DNA of 64,000 nucleotides from Escherichia coli (GTDB lineage Bacteria; Pseudomonadota; Gammaproteobacteria; Enterobacterales; Enterobacteriaceae): NCBI RefSeq assembly GCF_001677475.2, contig NZ_CP015229.1; one strand, 5' to 3'. Shown piece by piece: positions 63,726 to 64,000 of this stretch (position 1 is its first letter; each line of letters starts with the position of its first letter). The notes under the pieces were generated by a model. It saw only the letters and a program-made list of their open reading frames with translations, ran no database searches and was not told where the DNA came from. The position numbers and the translations under genes were made by a program.

Positions 63726-64000
63726 CAGGCCTCAGGTTCCTGATCCGGTACCGGGGGTACCACTACGCCTTCACGCGGCGCTTCAGGATTCGGCGCTGGC
63801 AGATTCATCAACTTCGCCAGAATGCTCGCCAGTTTCAGGCGCATTTCCGGACGACGGACGATCATGTCGATCGCGCCTTTCTCGATCAGGAATTCACTGC
63901 GCTGGAATCCTGGCGGCAGTTTTTCGCGAACGGTCTGTTCGATAACACGCGGACCGGCAAAGCCGATTAACGCTTTCGGTTCAGCGATGTTGAGATCGCC
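63726..64000 (-). CDS. accD: Acetyl-CoA carboxylase carboxyltransferase beta subunit AccD, C-terminal part only; gene runs off the window end
   Basis: Minus-strand translation ends ...[20 protein letters not shown], the AccD C-terminus; stop codon at 63726..63728. The plus-strand track ORF 63703..63945 is its antisense shadow. Confidence 0.85.

Noticed and set aside
63703-63945. 80-aa plus-strand ORF at the window end
   Set aside because: It is the antisense shadow of the accD 3' end; the minus-strand frame gives the AccD C-terminus.

Overview
This window reads as a conserved core-chromosome segment of Escherichia coli, colinear with the K-12 region around 51 min. Gene order is ais(partial) | arnBCADTEF | pmrD | menEC-menB-menH-menD-menF | elaB, elaA | rbn, elaD | yfbL, yfbM | nuoNMLKJIHGF-E-CD-BA (whole NADH dehydrogenase I operon, minus strand) | lrhA | alaA, yfbR | yfbS, yfbT, yfbU, yfbV | ackA-pta | yfcC | yfcD, yfcE, yfcF | yfcG, folX, yfcH | rpnB(yfcI) | hisPMQJ, argT | ubiX, purF, cvpA | dedD, folC | accD(partial). 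All identifications are from reading the supplied translations against protein sequences I recognise from memory; no database search was run. I found no rRNA, tRNA, CRISPR array, IS element, integrase or prophage gene. I do not see convincing evidence of a novel biological system here. What stands out are strain-level differences from K-12: (1) a perfect 33-bp in-frame tandem duplication inside folC; (2) apparent absence of yfbK between elaD and yfbL; (3) apparent absence of yfbN-yfbO-yfbP between yfbM and nuoN; plus a structured 230-bp gap inside the nuo operon and an (ATGTT)5 microsatellite upstream of alaA. Several six-frame ORF starts are over-extended (alternative start codons) and have been trimmed to the start that matches the known protein.
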